DNA of 64,000 nucleotides from Camelus ferus (Eukaryota), in NCBI RefSeq assembly GCF_009834535.1, contig NC_045732.1:77810001-77874000 (forward strand), given 5' to 3'. A program made the translations under genes and the position numbers. Below the pieces are notes generated by a model. It was not told where the DNA came from and ran no database searches. It saw nothing but the letters and a program-made list of their open reading frames with translations. Within the stretch, counting starts at the first letter, position 1. Each line of letters starts with the position of its first letter. Shown in pieces: positions 51,635-64,000 of this stretch.

Positions 51635-51718
51635 TTTTTTTAAATAGAGGTACTGGGGATTGAACTCAGGATGTCCTGATGCTAAGCATGCGCTCCACCA
51701 CGGAGCTCTACCTTCCCC
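51635..51718 (-). mobile_element. Vic-1-like SINE
   Basis: agaggtactggggattgaactcagg...ctaccttcccc; near-TSD TATGCTTTG on both sides. Confidence 0.85.
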
Positions 51719-51849
51719 TCGTATGCTTTGTTTTAAAAATAAAAAACAGACTGCTTAAGAAGTACAGGGCTTTGTTTTGGAGGGAGGAACATTTTTGGAA
51801 TTAGTTAGAGGTGGTGTTTGACAACACTGAGGATGTACTAAACGATATA

Positions 51850-52100
51850 AAACACTGTAAGACATATATAATATTTCCTATTTTATGTTCTATACTGGTA
51901 TATACTACATATTACATCACACATTACATGTTACATATATACATATAGTACAATTCTGTAACATTGTAATCATATAAAATTGTATGTAGGTAACAGTGTA
52001 AAATTACATAATGCAATTATACAATATATAACATAACATTACATGTTACATACATAATATAGATACAATATAAAATGCTATAAATATTATAAAATGGTTA
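51850..52100. repeat. AT-rich low-complexity tract (ACATTACAT/TATA-like units)
   Basis: Direct inspection. Confidence 0.7.
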
Positions 52101-52249
52101 ATTCCATGTTATATGAAATTAATGAAAACAAAGAGGGGGAAAAAACCAAAGTAAAAGTGTTCCGCCAGCTCCGAGTTGAGTGGTGTCAGGTAATCGTGCT
52201 GTTCAGCCCACGTGACCCACGAGACTTTTCTGGGAACGAATTAAGGAGA

Positions 52250-60482
<8,233 letters not shown>

Positions 60483-61209
60483 GCGGCACCCCACCCAGAC
60501 CCTGCCCTGGCTTCCTCTTGGACTGGGGAAGGGCGGGGAGGCGGGCGTGGGGGGGAAGAGGCACTCTAAGACCCAAGCCCCAGCTGCTGGGCTCTCAGTA
60601 GCGCCTTTGGCTTCTCGTGCCACCCAGAGCTGGGCTGGGGGATGGACTGATGCTTTGAGCTCAGATACAGTTTTTCAGACAGATTTGTCCAGCATCCTCA
60701 ATGGGTGCTGTCTCCTAGTTGGTGAGCGTTCCAGCTCCTCTCCGGTTCTCCAGTTGAAGGTCTCTGATGCTCCTCCCACCTGGCCAGGCAGGGAGGGGGA
60801 AATTTCAGCAGGGGCTTCCTTCCTTCTTGCCTTCAAGGTGTTCTCTCTCAGGGTTGGTGCCTGGAGGGAGGTTAGTTGAAGGGGCGGGTGGCCAGGCCAG
60901 AGCTTCAAGGGGCCCACCAGGCCCGTGGCCTGGCCACCCGCCTGCTCTGATCCAGGAGCTGCTCACCATTTCCTCAGGGATGGCCATCAGCCATGTCTTC
61001 CTTCCGCCCAGGCTCCCTCACAGGCATGGGAGCTGCAGGCAGAAGAGCAGCCCTTTTCCTGAAGTGTAGCCCAGCCAAACGGAGCCTGCGGCAAGGGCCA
61101 GAGACCTGGCCATTTGCCCCTGTGCTGGGGCCCACCAACTTCTCCATCCTTCCCACCTCCCTGGCATGACTTGAATCCCTGGGGGCCTAGGTTTTCATGT
61201 TTTATAAAC

Positions 61210-61215
61210 AATAAA
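61210..61215 (+). terminator. TAFAZZIN: TAFAZZIN polyadenylation signal
   Basis: AATAAA followed by GT/T-rich TCTGTGTTGTGTTCTTT. Confidence 0.85.
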
Positions 61216-61331
61216 GCATCTGTGTTGTGTTCTTTGACCTCTGGCCTCTCTATAGGGGTGCGGATGGGATGTGACCCACTGGACAGGAAGGCTGGGCCCT
61301 TAGAACTCTGGTGCATCAGGAGCACTTGATA

Positions 61332-61457
61332 GGGGAGGGTGTAGCTCTGTGGTGGAGCACATCCCTAGTGTGCATGAGGTCCTGGGTTCAATCCCCAGTA
61401 CCGCCTCTAAAATAATAAATAAATAAACCTAATTACCTCCTCCCACAAAAAAAAAAG
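61332..61457 (+). mobile_element. Vic-1-like SINE
   Basis: GGGGAGGGTGTAGCTC...GAGGTCCTGGGTTCAATCCCCAGTACC, then an AT-rich body and A-tail. Confidence 0.9.
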
Positions 61458-61469
61458 TAGAAAGAAAGA

Positions 61470-64000
61470 AAAGATGGAATCACAAAGATGATTAGGACTG
61501 CAACTGCATGTGAATCTAGAATTATTTCAAAATAAAGGTTTTTCAAAATGACCAGAAGGGAGAAAAATCACTTGGGGAAAAAAAAGAAACCCTTGTAAAT
61601 AAATACAGGAAAAAAACAGACTTTGCCAGTTAGCATTTATTGGTCCAAATATAACATCCATTTTTATGTATATATCCATTTGGACAAACATCAACTCTGT
61701 TTCATGGAGAGTTCTGATTTTATACCCTAAATAAATGTTCCATTTTTCCATGTTCTTGTATTTTTACAACCTTCTCTCCATAAATATTATATAAATATTG
61801 CCTGACAGGTTTTAAAACTTCACATAAATGACATTTATAAAGTGTATAAGGGCAATTTGGTATTTTTTAATATAGACTTTTTTTAGAGAAGTTTTAGGTT
61901 TGCAGCAAAATGTGGCTTATCCTGGGTTTGCGAAATCTACAAATGCCATTCACCATATTAACTGATTAAAGGAGAAAACCTATACAATTATTTCAATAGA
62001 TGCAGAAGAAGCCTCTGAGAAAATATTCATAATTTTAAAAATTCTGAGCAAAGTATGAATAGAGGGGAACTTTCTTAGTCTGATAGAGTCTATCCACACA
62101 CACACAAAACCTTTGTTAATCTGAAGGAGACTACAAAAAACCTAGAGTAATTACTATTTTTGATGTTGAAGCTTTGGAAACATTCTGTTCAAAATCGAAC
62201 AAAATGAGGATGTCGACTATCACTGTTGTACTAGTGGTACTAGAGCAGTAAAACAAGGAAAGGAAATCAAAGTTACAATAATTGTAAAGAAAGAAAACCG
62301 GCATTATTTGCTGCTGAGAGGACTGTCTACATAAAAAACCCAAAAGAACTTACAGACAAATTTTTGGAAATAAGGGTTTAGAAAGTTTTCTAGCTACAAG
62401 ATCAGTATGTGCAAAAAATCAACTGCATTTCTATACATACACCAGCAACAGAAAGTTAGAAAATATAATTTTAAACAAGACACCATTTACAAAAGTTACA
62501 AGATACCTAGGAATCAATCTAACAAAAGATGTGAAAGACCTATATTAGGAAAATCGTAACACTTTATTAAAAGACATTAAGGAATACCTAAGTAAATGGA
62601 GAGTGAGCCCATGCTCATTAATAGGAAGACTTGATACAATAAGTAAGTCAGTTCTCCACAATTTATCTACAGATTAATGTAATTCCAGTCAAAAGCTAAT
62701 CAGGGTTCAAATATTCAGATATTTACACACGCATGTTTATAGCAGCATTACTTACAGTAGCCAAAAGGTGGAAACAGCTCAAGTGTCCACCAACAAATGA
62801 ATGGAGAAAGAAATGGTCACATGATGGAANNNNNNNNNNNNNNNNNNNNNNNNNNNNNNNNNNNNNNNNNNNNNNNNNNNNNNNNNNNNNNNNNNNNNNN
62901 NNNNNNNNNNNNNNNNNNNNNNNNNNNNNNNNNNNNNNNNNNNNNNNNNNNNNNNNNNNNNNNNNNNNNNNNNNNNNNNNNNNNNNNNNNNNNNNNNNNN
63001 NNNNNNNNNNNNNNNNNNNNNNNNNNNNNNNNNNNNNNNNNNNNNNNNNNNNNNAGTTTAAGATGATGACAGTGTTCTACCAATGGATGGTGGTGATGGT
63101 TGCACAACAATGTGAATGTGCTTAATGCCATGCAACTGTACACTTAAAAATAGTTAAAATGGTAAATTTTAATATTATGAATATTTACAATTTTTAAAAA
63201 TAAAAATTGCTAAAATGATAAATTTTATGTTATTTATATCTTACCACTACTTTAAATAATCTAATCAGGTTTGAAATGATCTGATCAATCTAACAAATTA
63301 ATTCTACAATTTATATGGGGGAATGGGTATAGCTCAGCGGTAGAGCACATGCTTAGCATGCATGAGGTCCTGGGTTCAATTCCCAGTACCTCCATTAAAA
63401 TAAATAAACAAATAAACCGAATTATTCCCCCCTGGGAAAATTTTGTTTAAAAACCAATAAGATAAAATTTACATGGAAGCACAATAGCCCAAGAACAGCC
63501 TCTTGAAAATGAAGAATAAGGTGGGAAGATTTGCCTTACTGGGTATCAAGGTTTATTATGAAGCTACAGTAATTCAGACAGTGTGGTACTGGATACACAA
63601 ATTGACTAGGAGAATGAAATAGTGAGCCCCCCAAATGACCCACAGTTACATGGACACTTATTATACAAGAAAATTGGTATTTCAAGACAGTGAGTAAAGG
63701 ATGTTCATCTTAAATGGTACTGGGACAATTGCAGGTCCCTATGGAAAAGAAATAAAAGAAACTTGACCAAACGATGTGACTGACAAGGGGTTAATTTCTA
63801 AAATATACAAACAGCTCATACAGCTCAATATAAAAAAAACCCAAAGAATCCTATCAAAAAATGGTCAGAAGACCTAAATAGACATTTTCCCAAAGACATC
63901 CAGATGGCCAACAGGCATATGAAAAATGTTCAACATCGCTAATTATTAGAGAAATGCAAATCAAAACCACAATGAGGTATCACCTCTTATCGGTCAGAAT
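61470..64000 (+). mobile_element. Mosaic of L1 fragments, with a younger L1 ORF2 piece from ~63770
   Basis: atgcagaagaagcctctgagaaaat..., atgtttatagcagcattacttacagtagcc, gaaatgcaaatcaaaaccacaatgaggtatcacc; multiple stops and frameshifts. Confidence 0.85.
63317..63440 (+). mobile_element. Vic-1-like SINE inserted in L1
   Basis: GGGTATAGCTCAGCGGTAGAGCAC (A-box)...GGGTTCAATTCCCAGTACCTCC (B-box), then an AT-rich tail. Confidence 0.9.

Noticed and set aside
63317-63390. tRNA gene calls at A-box/B-box sequences (also 61332, 13671, 36493, 45173, 51635)
   Set aside because: These are tRNA-derived SINE heads with AT-rich tails and, in places, TSDs; they lack a full cloverleaf.

Overview
Mammalian genomic DNA with nine N-gaps, syntenic with the eutherian Xq28 cluster. 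It is most likely camelid, judged from six tRNA-derived Vic-1-like SINEs. Gene order: EMD (-, complete, 260 aa), FLNA (+, non-coding exon 1 and coding exons 2-36, cut off by a 100-N gap), RPL10 (+, hosting SNORA70), DNASE1L1 (-) and TAFAZZIN (+, exon-5-less, 262 aa), with L1/L2/MIR/ERV fragments between them. Main observations: (1) A near-perfect ~770-bp inverted repeat (11479-12242 / 17054-17829) brackets a 4.8-kb cassette holding the FLNA promoter, exon 1 and SRF CArG boxes. The same module therefore sits just upstream of both EMD and FLNA exon 2, and the cassette is potentially invertible. (2) A second, old and diverged inverted pair (about 223-918 / 39806-40455) brackets the whole EMD-FLNA block, which lies opposite to the human reference orientation. 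(3) DNASE1L1 has no in-frame AUG before its signal peptide and is best explained by CUG initiation at 48071; the ancestral AUG is out of frame. (4) A non-exonised orthologue of hominoid TAFAZZIN exon 5 lies in intron 4. All alignments were done by eye, and comparisons with other species are from memory, not database searches.
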